This document shows, one piece after another, positions 1 to 9,862 of a stretch of 43,116 nt of DNA (the first letter of the stretch is position 1; each line of letters begins with the position of its first letter). Origin of the DNA: Candidatus Bathyarchaeota archaeon (GTDB taxonomy: Archaea > Thermoproteota > Bathyarchaeia > Bathyarchaeales > Bathycorpusculaceae). The position numbers were made by a program, and so were the translations under genes. The DNA is taken from NCBI GenBank assembly GCA_963777155.1, contig CAVZPM010000003.1:1-43116 (forward strand), given 5' to 3'. The notes below the pieces were generated by a model. The model was not told the DNA's origin and made no database searches. It was given only the letters and a program-made list of their open reading frames with translations.

Positions 1-795
1 CGGGAAAGCCAGGTTCCACAACTGACCTATTATCATGAGGCAGATTGCTGCTATTGCCATGTAAAGAACTTTACGCAAAGGCTTATTATTCAGGTAATGA
101 GACATAAGAAATTCGCCGGTAAACATACCAAGCAATGCTGTTGAGATAGCCGGCATTGTACTCAGAATACCTTCCGGATCGTGATTACCGAGATATAATT
201 TCCCCGGCATAAGTATTCTGTCGATATAGCTGGTGAGGTTACCTTCTCTTGAGAAAATGTCTGTGGAGCCAAGATCATGTGCCGGGAATAGTACCAGTAA
301 AAGCCAGTAACCGATAAGGAGTGCACAGCACCAGACTATTCTGAAACTTAATTTTGTATTCATAAAGATAAGAGCGGCAAACATCCAGGCTAATCCGATT
401 CGTCCGAGTACACTTCCGTAGCGCAGATTTGCAAAATCGAATCTGATGGAATTATTATATATTATTCCGAGCAGAACAAGTATTAATCCTCTCATTATCA
501 CATGTCTGTACAGCAATTTCCGGTTTTCATTTGCAGCCAGACGTTTTGCTACAGAGAAAGGGAACGATATTCCGGCAATAAAGAGGAATAATGGGAATAT
601 CATGTCATAAAAATGAAATCCATGCCAGGGGACATGTTCAAGCTGACCTGCCCACCACTCGAATATTGGCCAGCCTGTCAGAGAAGCAAGTCCTATGAAA
701 ATGCTTTCTCCTCCCATGATCCAGAACATGTCAAATCCGCGCAGGGCGTCGAGGGAGTAAAGCCGTTTAGTTTCAGGTTTGGTCTGATTTTCCAT
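1..795 (-). CDS. DUF5009 / heparan-alpha-glucosaminide N-acetyltransferase-like membrane acyltransferase (runs off the window edge)
   Basis: Missing from the ORF track because it has no stop in the window. Manual translation from ATG 795 gives MENQTKPETKRLYSLDALRGFDMFWIMGG...QLEHVPWHGFHFYDMIFPLFLFIAGISFPFS; the SLDALRGFDM and D-x-IFPLFLF motifs are typical of this family. Confidence 0.85.
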   Translation of the reverse strand, partial: MENQTKPETKRLYSLDALRGFDMFWIMGGESIFIGLASLTGWPIFEWWAGQLEHVPWHGFHFYDMIFPLFLFIAGISFPFSVAKRLAANENRKLLYRHVIMRGLILVLLGIIYNNSIRFDFANLRYGSVLGRIGLAWMFAALIFMNTKLSFRIVWCCALLIGYWLLLVLFPAHDLGSTDIFSREGNLTSYIDRILMPGKLYLGNHDPEGILSTMPAISTALLGMFTGEFLMSHYLNNKPLRKVLYMAIAAICLMIIGQLWNLAFP

Positions 796-825
796 TTCAA
801 TATATTTTGGTTATTAATGAATGTC

Positions 826-853
826 TACCCGGCACCCGGCACCCGTCACCCTG
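826..853. repeat. Short heptamer tandem repeat (~4 x CACCCGG)
   Basis: TACCCGG CACCCGG CACCCGT CACCCTG, GC-rich within an AT-rich intergenic region. Confidence 0.7.
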
Positions 854-992
854 GATTTCCCCATAAAATTAGTTAATATTTGAAATTCAGAGATGCTTTC
901 ACCCTATTTATAAAACATAAAATTAATAATAGTTGAAGCTTAGATATTAGTTAAAAAAGAAGAGTTTCAGGCTTTTTAAAAGTAAATTGCAA

Positions 993-1000
993 TAACTTTG
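993..1000 (+). promoter_or_regulatory. Bacteroidota-type -7 promoter element (TAnnTTTG)
   Basis: TAACTTTG 50 nt upstream of the GH2 ATG; the 5' region is A-rich with no Shine-Dalgarno, as is usual in Bacteroidota. Confidence 0.55.
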
Positions 1001-1050
1001 GAATCATTGTTAAAAGCTTTAGAAATAGTAACTTTAAAATACCGATACCT

Positions 1051-2656
1051 ATGAAAATAATTCATTCAATTCGCAATTTGCTTATTATAAGCTGTTTTGC
1101 AGTCCCGGCAAATGCTCAGACCGGAAAAGTAAAACAGGTGAAGCTAAGCCAATTTGAGCTACAATCTTCAGCTTTGATATCTGAATCCGGAGATGTCCTG
1201 TCAACAACGCAGTATAAGTCAAAGGTTTACTGGTTTCCTGTTACAGTTCCTTCTACAGTGCTGACAGGACTGGTAGCTAACAAGATATATCCTGATCCCT
1301 ACTCAGGTCTTAATAATATGTTAATACCTGACGCATCTGATGAATTCAATAAAACATATAATCTTGAACAATACAGCCATCTGCCCGGGGAACCAAACCC
1401 ATGGAAAAAACCATATTGGTACAGGACCACTTTTGAGGTTCCTGCAGCTGATCAGGGTCGCCATTTTGATCTTATCTTCAAAGGGATAAACTACCGGGCC
1501 GGAGTGTGGATCAACGGAAAGCAGATTGCCGATTCGACAGAAATGGCAGGTATGTTCGCGGAGTACAGACTCGATGTAACCAGCCAGATCAAAACTGGCA
1601 CCAGGAATGTATTGGCAGTAAAGATATATCCGCTTGATTATCCTGGCTTGCCTTCCAAGGAGCAATTAAAAGCTATGGGTGATTTTTTTGCGAATGGAGG
1701 TCCAACGGGAGATATCGGGAAAAACGTTACTATGCTTTGTTCTGTAGGCTGGGACTGGGTGCCTCCTGTGCGAGACCGCAATATTGGCATATGGCAGCCT
1801 GTCTATCTGAGAACCTCAGGTAATGTGACAATAGAGCAGCCAAAGCTTGTAACCGGGCTGCCCTCATTACCCGATACCAGCGCTGCGAAGCTGTCATTAC
1901 AGCTGAAGTTAAAGAATCATAACGCAGCGGCTGAGACTGGCAAACTTACAATAATTATTACCCCGGAGACTTTCAAAGGCACTCCGGTTCAGTTTACAAA
2001 GGAAATAAGTGTTGCAGGGAATTCTGTCTCATTGGTCGATTTAAACTCGTCAACAGTAAAAGAACTCACATTAAATAAACCCCGGTTGTGGTGGCCAAAC
2101 GGATACGGAAAGCCTGAACTATATCGTATTAAAATACAGTATTCCAACAATTTGGTAACCCTTGATGAAACAACATTTCTCTTTGGTATCAGGACAGTCG
2201 ATTCAAAGGCTGTTGATGTGAACGGTACATTGAGACGTGATTTTTATGTTAATGGCAAGACGCATCCATATTACCGGCGGTGCCTGGGTTCCGGATTTGA
2301 TGCTAAACCGCGATTCTCTGAGATATGACTATGAGTTCCGCCTATGCCGCAACGCAAATATAAACCTCGTAAGGATATGGGGCGGTGGTGTAACACCTTC
2401 AGATTTCTTTTTTGATGCAGCTGACAAATATGGATTGCTTATCTGGTCCGATTTCTGGATCACCGGTGATACCCAGGGTGAATTCAAAGGATCACCCGAC
2501 TGGCCTCTTGAAGGGAATATTTTTAAGAAAAATGTAGCAAGTACAATTTACAGGATAAGAAACCACCCAAGTCTTCTGGTGTGGACCGGCGGAAATGAAG
2601 GTCATGCCCGTAAAGAACTGTATGATGCAATGAGGGACAGCATTATTAGTCTTTGA
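1051..2656 (+). CDS. Secreted glycoside hydrolase family 2 (beta-mannosidase / exo-beta-glucosaminidase-like); +1 frameshift at ~2257, 3'-truncated at the junction
   Basis: Signal peptide ending ANA-Q; GINYRAGVWING, WDWVPPVRDRNIGIWQPV, LWWPNGYG; ORFs 1051..2328 and 2237..2656 join into VNG-RIHITGGAW, NLVRIWGGG and RNHPSLLVWTGGNE. The gene ends soon after the acid/base NE motif. Confidence 0.85.
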
Positions 2657-3619
2657 CTGCCCGATTTGATGGGTGTTGGTTCAGTTATTCCTCTTGCTTC
2701 AACAAACCTTGCCGAAGTCAAAATTGTTCTGCAACTTCACCGAACAGCAAACGAAATGTCAAACCTATTGTGCGGCAGAACGACTCACCCTCAGAGACTA
2801 ATCCCTGGTGGATTCTCCAAAATACCTTCAATAAGGGAATTGACTGTTATGCGAAAGAAGCTGCAGGATTCGATTCCTAACCTTATAGTTGTAGCTGAAT
2901 TGTTTAAGAGTTTGACAGGCAACTTCCCCATTTTCGAACGCGAAACAGAATTTATTGGCCTTTCAGATCCCAACGAATACGCTCTCTACGATGGTCAATT
3001 AGCATCTACAGACACGGGTATAACACCTGTAAACGAATATCTAACCTACACAAACGAATACATAGTTCCACAATCGACCGCTAAATGGGCAAAACATGCT
3101 CGCGAATCATATATGGTTGGAGCACTGGCTCGTCTTAACCTTAACTACAAAAAACTGTCACCTTTAGCTCAGAAAACCGCAGAAATGTTCGATCTAAAAC
3201 CAACATGCCACAACCCATTCATGAATAGCATTGCTCAACTCGTCGAGGTAGTACATAGCGTGGAAGATTCAGTCCGTTTAATCAACGAGCTTGAGGCTGC
3301 GGGACTAAAAAGTCAACCAGACTACAACAATCCGAGCATCAAAGTGAAAGCAGGAAAAGGCGTTGGCGCAGTTGAAGTTCCAAGGGGAATTTTGTTCCAC
3401 GATTACACCTACAACAACGCTGGAGTCTGCACCAAGGCAAACTGTATTATTCCCACAAACCAAAATCACGGCAACATTTCGCTAGATATGAAAGCGCTGC
3501 TCCCAAAGGTTTTGAATAAGCAACAAAAAGAAATAGAGTTGGCTCTGGAAATGCTTGTGCGCGCTTATGACCCATGCATCTCATGTTCAACCCACATTGT
3601 AAAAGTTGATTTGACTTAA
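2657..3619 (+). CDS. hydA: Group 3b [NiFe]-hydrogenase (sulfhydrogenase) large/alpha subunit, 5'-truncated
   Basis: Starts mid-protein at LPDLMGVGSVIPL; contains GRTTHP, VGALAR, EVPRGILFHDY and C-terminal RAYDPCISCSTH plus a 7-aa extension. The N-terminal RxCGxC motif is absent. Confidence 0.85.
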   Translation: MPDLMGVGSVIPLASTNLAEVKIVLQLHRTANEMSNLLCGRTTHPQRLIPGGFSKIPSIRELTVMRKKLQDSIPNLIVVAELFKSLTGNFPIFERETEFIGLSDPNEYALYDGQLASTDTGITPVNEYLTYTNEYIVPQSTAKWAKHARESYMVGALARLNLNYKKLSPLAQKTAEMFDLKPTCHNPFMNSIAQLVEVVHSVEDSVRLINELEAAGLKSQPDYNNPSIKVKAGKGVGAVEVPRGILFHDYTYNNAGVCTKANCIIPTNQNHGNISLDMKALLPKVLNKQQKEIELALEMLVRAYDPCISCSTHIVKVDLT

Positions 3620-3723
3620 CTATTTCCATAAAAAGAAGATACTGATGATAATGATGATGCAACCGTATTCTGCGGAGCAGTCTCATCTTTCAAAGTAGAA
3701 TTTACAGCTACCAATGGGACAAA

Positions 3724-6387
3724 TTGGTTATGGGAAATCTTAAAGGATTTTTCAGCCCTCAAGCCATCGCTGTAATAGGGGCAAGTGAACGAGTTGATTC
3801 TATAGGAAACAGAATTCTGTGTAACTTAATAGGAGCTTATAAAGGAAAAATTTTCGCTGTTAACGCTTTCAGACAAACCGTTCAGGGATTAACTGCGTAT
3901 CCAAGCATAGATCGTGTCCCATCAAAAGTAGATCTTGCCATCATAGCGACCCCGGCACACACGGTTCCTCAAATTGTTGAAGAATGCGGAATGGCGGGTG
4001 TATTAGATGCGGTAATTGTTTCAGCAGGTTTTAGTGAATGCGATACAACAGGTCAGGAGCTTTCCCGGAGAATACTTGAATGCAAGAAAAAATATGGGAT
4101 GCGGATAATAGGACCCCATAGTTTTGGTATCATAAGACCGAACTCAAACCTATACGCAACCTTTGCAGAAAAGAAGGCGGTGCCAGGAAAAATCGCCTTC
4201 ATATCCCAAAGTGGGGCGTTCTGCGGGTCAGCGTTGGATTGGTCTTTGGAAACTCAGGTTGGGCTTAGTGCTGTTGTTTCGATGGGTCAAACTATCGATA
4301 TTGACCTAGGAGACTTGATTGAATACTTCGGCAACGACCCTCAAACCCGCATCATAATGGTCTACGCTGAATCCATAAAAAATGCCCGAGCTTTCATAAG
4401 TGCTGCAAGAGGTTATGCAAAAACCAAGCCAATCATTATAGTTAAACCGAGTCGAACCGATGAAAACCGCACTTCTTCAGCCTCGGATACGGGTCTACTC
4501 AAAGAAGCCATCTATGATGCTGCATTTAGAAGAAGCGGGGTTGTTCGGGTCGAGACCGTTAATGGGCTTTTTGATTGCGCTAAAACGTTGTCGATGCAAC
4601 AGAGTCCAACTGTTCCTCACTTGACCATAATAACAAACGCTGGTGGTCCAGCTCTGATGGCTTTGGACCAGATAAACAGGCGAGGCGGCAAACTCGCAGA
4701 AATAAGCGATGCAACCATTCAGGCTTTGAAAAACATTTTACCCTATTATTGCAACTTAACCAATCCTATTGACCTTCTAGAAGAGGCAACCCCTGAAAGA
4801 TACCAAAAGGTCATTCAAACCTGCATAGACAATAGTGCTAGTAGCAGTCTTCTTGTGATTTATGCACCCACAGGATTAACCAGCCCCAATAGATTAGCCG
4901 ATTTAATCGTTGATTTAGCTAAGCAAACAAGAAAAAACATACTCGTTTGCTTAATGGGGGAGGACCATCAATGTCAAGAAGCAAGAAGAACGCTGCATAG
5001 TAACAACGTTCCAACCTTTAAAAGCCCTCAGGAAGCTGTAAGAACATTCATGAATATCTACACTCGAACCCAAAATTTGGAGTTGCTCTACCAAACACCT
5101 GAAGAAATTCCCATAGATCAAGCTTCACCTACACATCTCAAGGGTGTTTTGCGCCAAGCGTTCAATGAGGGAAGAGAGATCCTGAATTTAGAGGAATCTT
5201 TCCAATTCTTAGACGCATACAAAATCCCCACTGCAAAAACACTTGTTGCCAAGACCGTCGAGGAATCCTCGGCTTATGCCTCTAAACTCGGCTACCCAGT
5301 AATGATGAAAAAACTTAATTCGCGGTACAGCCATAAAATCGAAATCCAAAGCACTGCCTTTGACGTTTTTTCCCCTGACCAATTACGCTTTCACTTCAAT
5401 CAACTACTTGAGGAAAAAAACACCTCCGGCAAAACAACCGACTTCCAAGGGGTAGCAATTCAACAAAAAGTGCTCCATGCTCCCTGCCGACTATTTTTAG
5501 GGTCACGAAGAGACACAAAGTTTGGCTCAATAATATGTTTGGGAACGGGAGGCGCTTTAGTTGAAAAAGACAGAGAGCTAAGTGTTGGCTTCCCCCCTCT
5601 AAATCAGGTTCTTGCCCGACAAATCATGGAAAACACCAAAGTGTTACGATATTGCAAAGACGCATGTGTAGGCAAGTTTGAAACTGGACCGCTCGAAGAA
5701 ATCATTATCAGGTTCTCTCAGCTTGTTGTTGATTTCCCCGAGATAAGAAAAATTGACATAAACCCAATCGTTGTTAAAGACGGAAAGGCCTACGCGGTTG
5801 ACGCCGAAATGGTCCTAGACACAACGCGGTTTTTACGTCAAGGCGCTGAACACCCCGAAAATCTGGTTATCGCTCCTTACCCCAAAAAATACATTTCACA
5901 ATGCACCCTTAAAAACGGGGTGCGGGTGACTCTTCGACCCATAAAGCCAGAGGACGAAAACCGCTTCAACGAACTCTTCAAATCCCTTTCTGTCCAGAGT
6001 GTACGTTTTAGGTTCTTTGAAACCATAAAAGAAATGTCACACGACACTCTGTCTAGGTATTGCAATCTTGATTATGATCGAGAAATTGCCATAGTCGCCC
6101 AACTTGAAGATCGCAGTCTTATCGGTGTTGTCAGGTTGATTCTTGATGCAGAAGCCAAGAAAGGGGAATTCGCAATCATGGTTAGTGATTCTTGGCACGG
6201 ACTAGGATTGGGCTCAAAGCTAATGAACTATATCATCCACATAGGCAAAGATCTAAAACTTGAAACGATCTATAGCGACGTGAGCCCTGAAAATACCAAG
6301 ATGCTTAACCTATGCGGCAGTAAAGGGTTCACGGCTAGATCAGCAGATGAATACTCAGTGTTTATGTCTCTAGCGCTACCGCTTTAG
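3724..6387 (+). CDS. Acyl-CoA synthetase (NDP-forming)-like domain fused to a C-terminal GNAT; Pat/YfiQ-type protein lysine acetyltransferase (ATG 3730 is an alternative start)
   Basis: IAVIGAS CoA-binding fold, ISQSGA, TNAGGP, NPIDL, ATP-grasp DINP, and GNAT domain LRPIKPED...DYDREIA...WHGLGLG. Confidence 0.85.
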   Translation: MVMGNLKGFFSPQAIAVIGASERVDSIGNRILCNLIGAYKGKIFAVNAFRQTVQGLTAYPSIDRVPSKVDLAIIATPAHTVPQIVEECGMAGVLDAVIVSAGFSECDTTGQELSRRILECKKKYGMRIIGPHSFGIIRPNSNLYATFAEKKAVPGKIAFISQSGAFCGSALDWSLETQVGLSAVVSMGQTIDIDLGDLIEYFGNDPQTRIIMVYAESIKNARAFISAARGYAKTKPIIIVKPSRTDENRTSSASDTGLLKEAIYDAAFRRSGVVRVETVNGLFDCAKTLSMQQSPTVPHLTIITNAGGPALMALDQINRRGGKLAEISDATIQALKNILPYYCNLTNPIDLLEEATPERYQKVIQTCIDNSASSSLLVIYAPTGLTSPNRLADLIVDLAKQTRKNILVCLMGEDHQCQEARRTLHSNNVPTFKSPQEAVRTFMNIYTRTQNLELLYQTPEEIPIDQASPTHLKGVLRQAFNEGREILNLEESFQFLDAYKIPTAKTLVAKTVEESSAYASKLGYPVMMKKLNSRYSHKIEIQSTAFDVFSPDQLRFHFNQLLEEKNTSGKTTDFQGVAIQQKVLHAPCRLFLGSRRDTKFGSIICLGTGGALVEKDRELSVGFPPLNQVLARQIMENTKVLRYCKDACVGKFETGPLEEIIIRFSQLVVDFPEIRKIDINPIVVKDGKAYAVDAEMVLDTTRFLRQGAEHPENLVIAPYPKKYISQCTLKNGVRVTLRPIKPEDENRFNELFKSLSVQSVRFRFFETIKEMSHDTLSRYCNLDYDREIAIVAQLEDRSLIGVVRLILDAEAKKGEFAIMVSDSWHGLGLGSKLMNYIIHIGKDLKLETIYSDVSPENTKMLNLCGSKGFTARSADEYSVFMSLALPL

Positions 6388-6698
6388 ATGTTGAGGTCGT
6401 TTAAGAATTTCCAGAACTCCTCAATGCACCTGATAATTCTTAACTCCAAAAAGTTTTTTTCAAAATTACCGTCCTCATCGACTGGGCCTTTAAAAAAACC
6501 AACAGTGTGAGGGCACCCATTTTCAAACATTGGATTATCCACGATGTCTGCTACGAGCGCATTCATATTCCGTTTGTTTTTTCGATCGATGAAATGTGCC
6601 GAATAGAAAAGGTATTTTCTTCCCTCGTTTCCAGAGTTTGGAAAGGTTATGATCCAGTCCATTTCTTGGAAATAGAATTTTTTTGAACTATTTTCCAT
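6384..6698 (-). CDS. Hypothetical protein (104 aa)
   Basis: ATG-initiated ORF filling the gap, 4-nt convergent overlap with the upstream gene; no recognised motif. Confidence 0.65.
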   Translation of the reverse strand: MENSSKKFYFQEMDWIITFPNSGNEGRKYLFYSAHFIDRKNKRNMNALVADIVDNPMFENGCPHTVGFFKGPVDEDGNFEKNFLELRIIRCIEEFWKFLNDLNI

Positions 6699-6785
6699 AG
6701 AAGAGCCCTGACTAAATTATTGATTGCAGGAATAATAACTTTGGCGATAGTTGAAAAAAAACCTGATTGCAGTAAACGATTTGGT

Positions 6786-7367
6786 TTAGAGAATAGGCGT
6801 CGGATTTTTGCTTGCTTCTATTATGCGCAGTGTGCATAGTTCGCCAAGTACTGCTAGATCTTCAGTGGGTAGATAGCTACATGCTGAAGCATCGTAGAGT
6901 ATGTTTGCGGAAGCTGGAAAATCTTCTTTGCCCCAAAGGATGTAAGTTAGAAGAATGCCTTTTAGTGCTGGGATCTCAACGGAGGCGTCTCCAAGAGCCA
7001 ACTTGGTTCCGTCAAGCAGATTTGCAGCCTTAAGAAGTTTCTTTGGGTTTTCTCCGAAAGCTTCGGCGATGGGTTCAATTGCTCTTTTGATAAAAGCGCT
7101 TTCGTATGCGTAGCCGCCGGGGATATCCTTAAACTTGACCAGTGTGCCCGTTGGTGCTATCGGATTAGCCAATGAATAATGGCAGAGTAGAGTGGTTAAA
7201 ATCTGGATTGCCCAATCACTTAGGTTTTCCCCAATGTGGGGAAGGTTATCTGTTATTGTGCTTTTATCTAAATCAAGTGTGAAACCTAAAAAATTAAATG
7301 TGTTTGTTCCAGCTAACTGCTTTAGCTTTTCGAGTGTTTCTGATTTGAAGTTAAGCTTTGTCAACAT
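6786..7367 (-). CDS. DUF3786 domain protein
   Basis: Motifs FKDIPGGYAY...F.KRAIEPI and LWGKEDFPASANILYD...LPTEDLAVLG. Confidence 0.8.
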   Translation of the reverse strand: MLTKLNFKSETLEKLKQLAGTNTFNFLGFTLDLDKSTITDNLPHIGENLSDWAIQILTTLLCHYSLANPIAPTGTLVKFKDIPGGYAYESAFIKRAIEPIAEAFGENPKKLLKAANLLDGTKLALGDASVEIPALKGILLTYILWGKEDFPASANILYDASACSYLPTEDLAVLGELCTLRIIEASKNPTPIL

Positions 7368-7397
7368 TCGCCGGTCTAGAGAAGGGGAATAGTGGAA

Positions 7398-8810
7398 TTA
7401 AGCCTTGTCGAGGTTGAATTCGTCATGGATTGCTCGGACAACGGCGACGCCATCTTTCTCTTTAACAACAAAGGAAATGTTGAGTTCTGAGCTGCCCTGT
7501 GCGATCATCCGGATGTTTATGCCTTTTTTGGCAACCGTACTGAAGATTTTTGATGCAACACCCAATGTGCCTTTCATGTTTGCGCCCATAACTGCTATGA
7601 CAGCGACGTCATCTTCTGCTGTGACTTCGCTTAATACTCCCCCCCGCTCAACCAATGCGATTTCAAGATTACTGATAGCTCTGCCTAGAAGTGACCGTTT
7701 GATTATCATTGAAATGTTGGCTTCTGAGACGGCGGTAGATATCATCATGACGTTGATGCCGTTTTTGCCTAGTACGTCGAAGACTTTAGCGTAGCTGCCT
7801 GGTGCTCCGACCATTGCTGCTCCGTTGATGTTTAGCATTGCGACGTCTTTAATCATGGCGACTGCCTTAACGGGTTTGGTTTCATTGGCTGCTGGTTCTT
7901 TTGTAATGAGTGTGCCCATATTTTCTGGGTGAGCTGTGTTGCGGATTCGGACTGGTATGTTTTCTTTAATGACTGGTCCTAGTGCTCGTGGATGCATGGC
8001 TTTGGCGCCGAAAATCGCCATTTCAGCTGCTTCCTGATAACTCAGCTGTGGCAACATCCTTGCTGCTGAAACGATTTTGGGGTCAGTAGTCATTATTCCA
8101 TCGACGTCGGTCCATATCCATACTTCATCAACCTGTAAGGCGACACCAAGAATGGTTGCGGTATAGTCCGAGCCACCGCGACCAACCGTGGTAACTATTC
8201 CGTCTTGGTTTGCGGCAATAAAACCTGTAACAACTGGAATCGTGCCCTTTTCAAACAATGGTCCTAGTCTTTCTCGGATTAGGTGTGTAGTGAAGTTCAT
8301 CAGCGGGTCGGCTTCTCCGAAGTTTGAGTCAGTGACTATGCCTGCTTCTTTGCCGGTGAAGCATTGGGTTTCAAGTTTGTGGTCTTTTATTGCACCCCAA
8401 ACGATGGGTGCTGAGAGGCGTTCTCCAAAAGAGGCAACGTAATCTTTGGATTTTGGTGTGAGTTCTCCGACGTAACATATGCCTGTTAGGACTTTTTCTA
8501 GTTCAGAGATGGTTTTTTCTGTGATTTGGGTTACTTCTTTTTGGATTTGTTTGCTTCTGATTGCGGTTGTGATGGCTTCTTGGTGTTTTTGGAGCAGTTG
8601 TTTGGTGAAGGTTTCGATGTGTTTTTCTTCACTTTTCTTTGCTTGGCATGCGGTTTCAATCAAACTGTTTGTGACGCCTGCTAACGCAGATACCACAACG
8701 GCAACTCTACAATCGTCTTTAGCATACTGATTGACTGACTTAGCTACCTGACGAATGTTTTTGCCCGTGCCTACGCTTGTTCCTCCGAACTTCATCACTA
8801 TTTTTTTCAT
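7398..8810 (-). CDS. lysC: Aspartate kinase, monofunctional with two ACT domains
   Basis: MKFGGTSV, VVSALAGVTN, GERLS, GRGGSDYTA, WTDVDG, MIAQGSSELNISFVV. Confidence 0.95.
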   Translation of the reverse strand: MKKIVMKFGGTSVGTGKNIRQVAKSVNQYAKDDCRVAVVVSALAGVTNSLIETACQAKKSEEKHIETFTKQLLQKHQEAITTAIRSKQIQKEVTQITEKTISELEKVLTGICYVGELTPKSKDYVASFGERLSAPIVWGAIKDHKLETQCFTGKEAGIVTDSNFGEADPLMNFTTHLIRERLGPLFEKGTIPVVTGFIAANQDGIVTTVGRGGSDYTATILGVALQVDEVWIWTDVDGIMTTDPKIVSAARMLPQLSYQEAAEMAIFGAKAMHPRALGPVIKENIPVRIRNTAHPENMGTLITKEPAANETKPVKAVAMIKDVAMLNINGAAMVGAPGSYAKVFDVLGKNGINVMMISTAVSEANISMIIKRSLLGRAISNLEIALVERGGVLSEVTAEDDVAVIAVMGANMKGTLGVASKIFSTVAKKGINIRMIAQGSSELNISFVVKEKDGVAVVRAIHDEFNLDKA

Positions 8811-8827
8811 TTTTTCAGCCTTTTTCT

Positions 8828-9856
8828 TTAGTTTAGTAGCTTGGTTGCTAATTTACGTCTTATATCTAATAGGTCCCTTAAAACTGCACTGGCAGTCTCC
8901 ACTCCGCCTGCGCCTCTGCCGACAAGGGTTTGTTCGCCTGCGAATTCTGTGGAGAAAGTTATAGCGTTTAAGACTCCGCTGACGCATAAGGGGTTGTTTT
9001 TGGGTATCTCCGTTGGCTTAACTGTTGCTTTATCACCCTCTATGGCGCCGATGAGCTTGATCGTGTTACCCCTTTTTGATGCTTCATCTAACGCTTGCAA
9101 AGATACCTCCCGAATTCCTGTTCTATCTACATCTTTTAGTGTAATTTTCTTGTTCAGAATCCAATTGGCAAGGATGACGACTTTACAGGCGGTGTCAAAT
9201 CCATCGATATCCATCGAGGGTTCTCTCTCAGCATAGCCTAGCTTTTGGGCATTTGCAAGTGCATCTTGGAAGGTCATCCTATTCTGAGCCATTTCAGTTA
9301 GTATGTAGTTGGTTGTTCCGTTTAGTATACCGCGGATTGTGAGTATTGAGTCTCCTGCGAGGCATCTCTTGGCAAATTCCAACATTGGGGTTCCTCCGCC
9401 GACTGTGCCGCTGAACCGTAGGTAAACGTTGTTGTATTCTGCTAGTTCGGTTAGGGCTGGCATGGCTAAAGCTAAGGGTCCTTTGTTGGTTGTGACAACG
9501 TGTTTGCCAGTTTTGAAAGCTGTAGTGATATGTGAGAGGGCTGGTTCACCGTTATTTATGTTGACGGGTGTAACTTCAACGACGACTTCTGCTTCAACTG
9601 ATTGAATGACATCTAGCGCTTTTATTCCTGGGTTCCCAAAATCTGGGTCTGCAGAAATGGGGTAACCGTGTTGCTTGATCGCTTCCAGCTTTTCAGGACT
9701 TAGTCCCCGCGGATTAATGACTGCGCCGTCTATGTCGGCGATGGCAACGATTTTTGGGTTAAACCCGTAATCTTTAACTTTTTCACTGTATCGGCGGGCA
9801 AGAATCGTAGTTACGCCCTTGCCGACTACGCCATAGCCAACTAGAATAATCCTCAT
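8828..9856 (-). CDS. hom: Homoserine dehydrogenase
   Basis: GYGVVG Rossmann motif, VVTTNKGPLA, VGGGTP, GILNGTTNYIL, GAGGVETASA. Confidence 0.95.
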   Translation of the reverse strand: MRIILVGYGVVGKGVTTILARRYSEKVKDYGFNPKIVAIADIDGAVINPRGLSPEKLEAIKQHGYPISADPDFGNPGIKALDVIQSVEAEVVVEVTPVNINNGEPALSHITTAFKTGKHVVTTNKGPLALAMPALTELAEYNNVYLRFSGTVGGGTPMLEFAKRCLAGDSILTIRGILNGTTNYILTEMAQNRMTFQDALANAQKLGYAEREPSMDIDGFDTACKVVILANWILNKKITLKDVDRTGIREVSLQALDEASKRGNTIKLIGAIEGDKATVKPTEIPKNNPLCVSGVLNAITFSTEFAGEQTLVGRGAGGVETASAVLRDLLDIRRKLATKLLN

Positions 9857-9862
9857 GTAAAC

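Noticed and set aside
1-2656. Horizontal transfer of a Bacteroidota sugar locus into the archaeon
   Set aside because: Both genes are cut mid-domain at one point with no mobility signature; a chimera is more parsimonious.
2653-2880. ORF 2653..2880 as the continuation of GH2
   Set aside because: It is an alternative frame of the hydrogenase gene with no GH2 motifs.
3447-3686. Minus-strand ORF containing HHHYH, a possible histidine leader
   Set aside because: Antisense to hydA, produced by the GAT repeat, and no his genes lie downstream.
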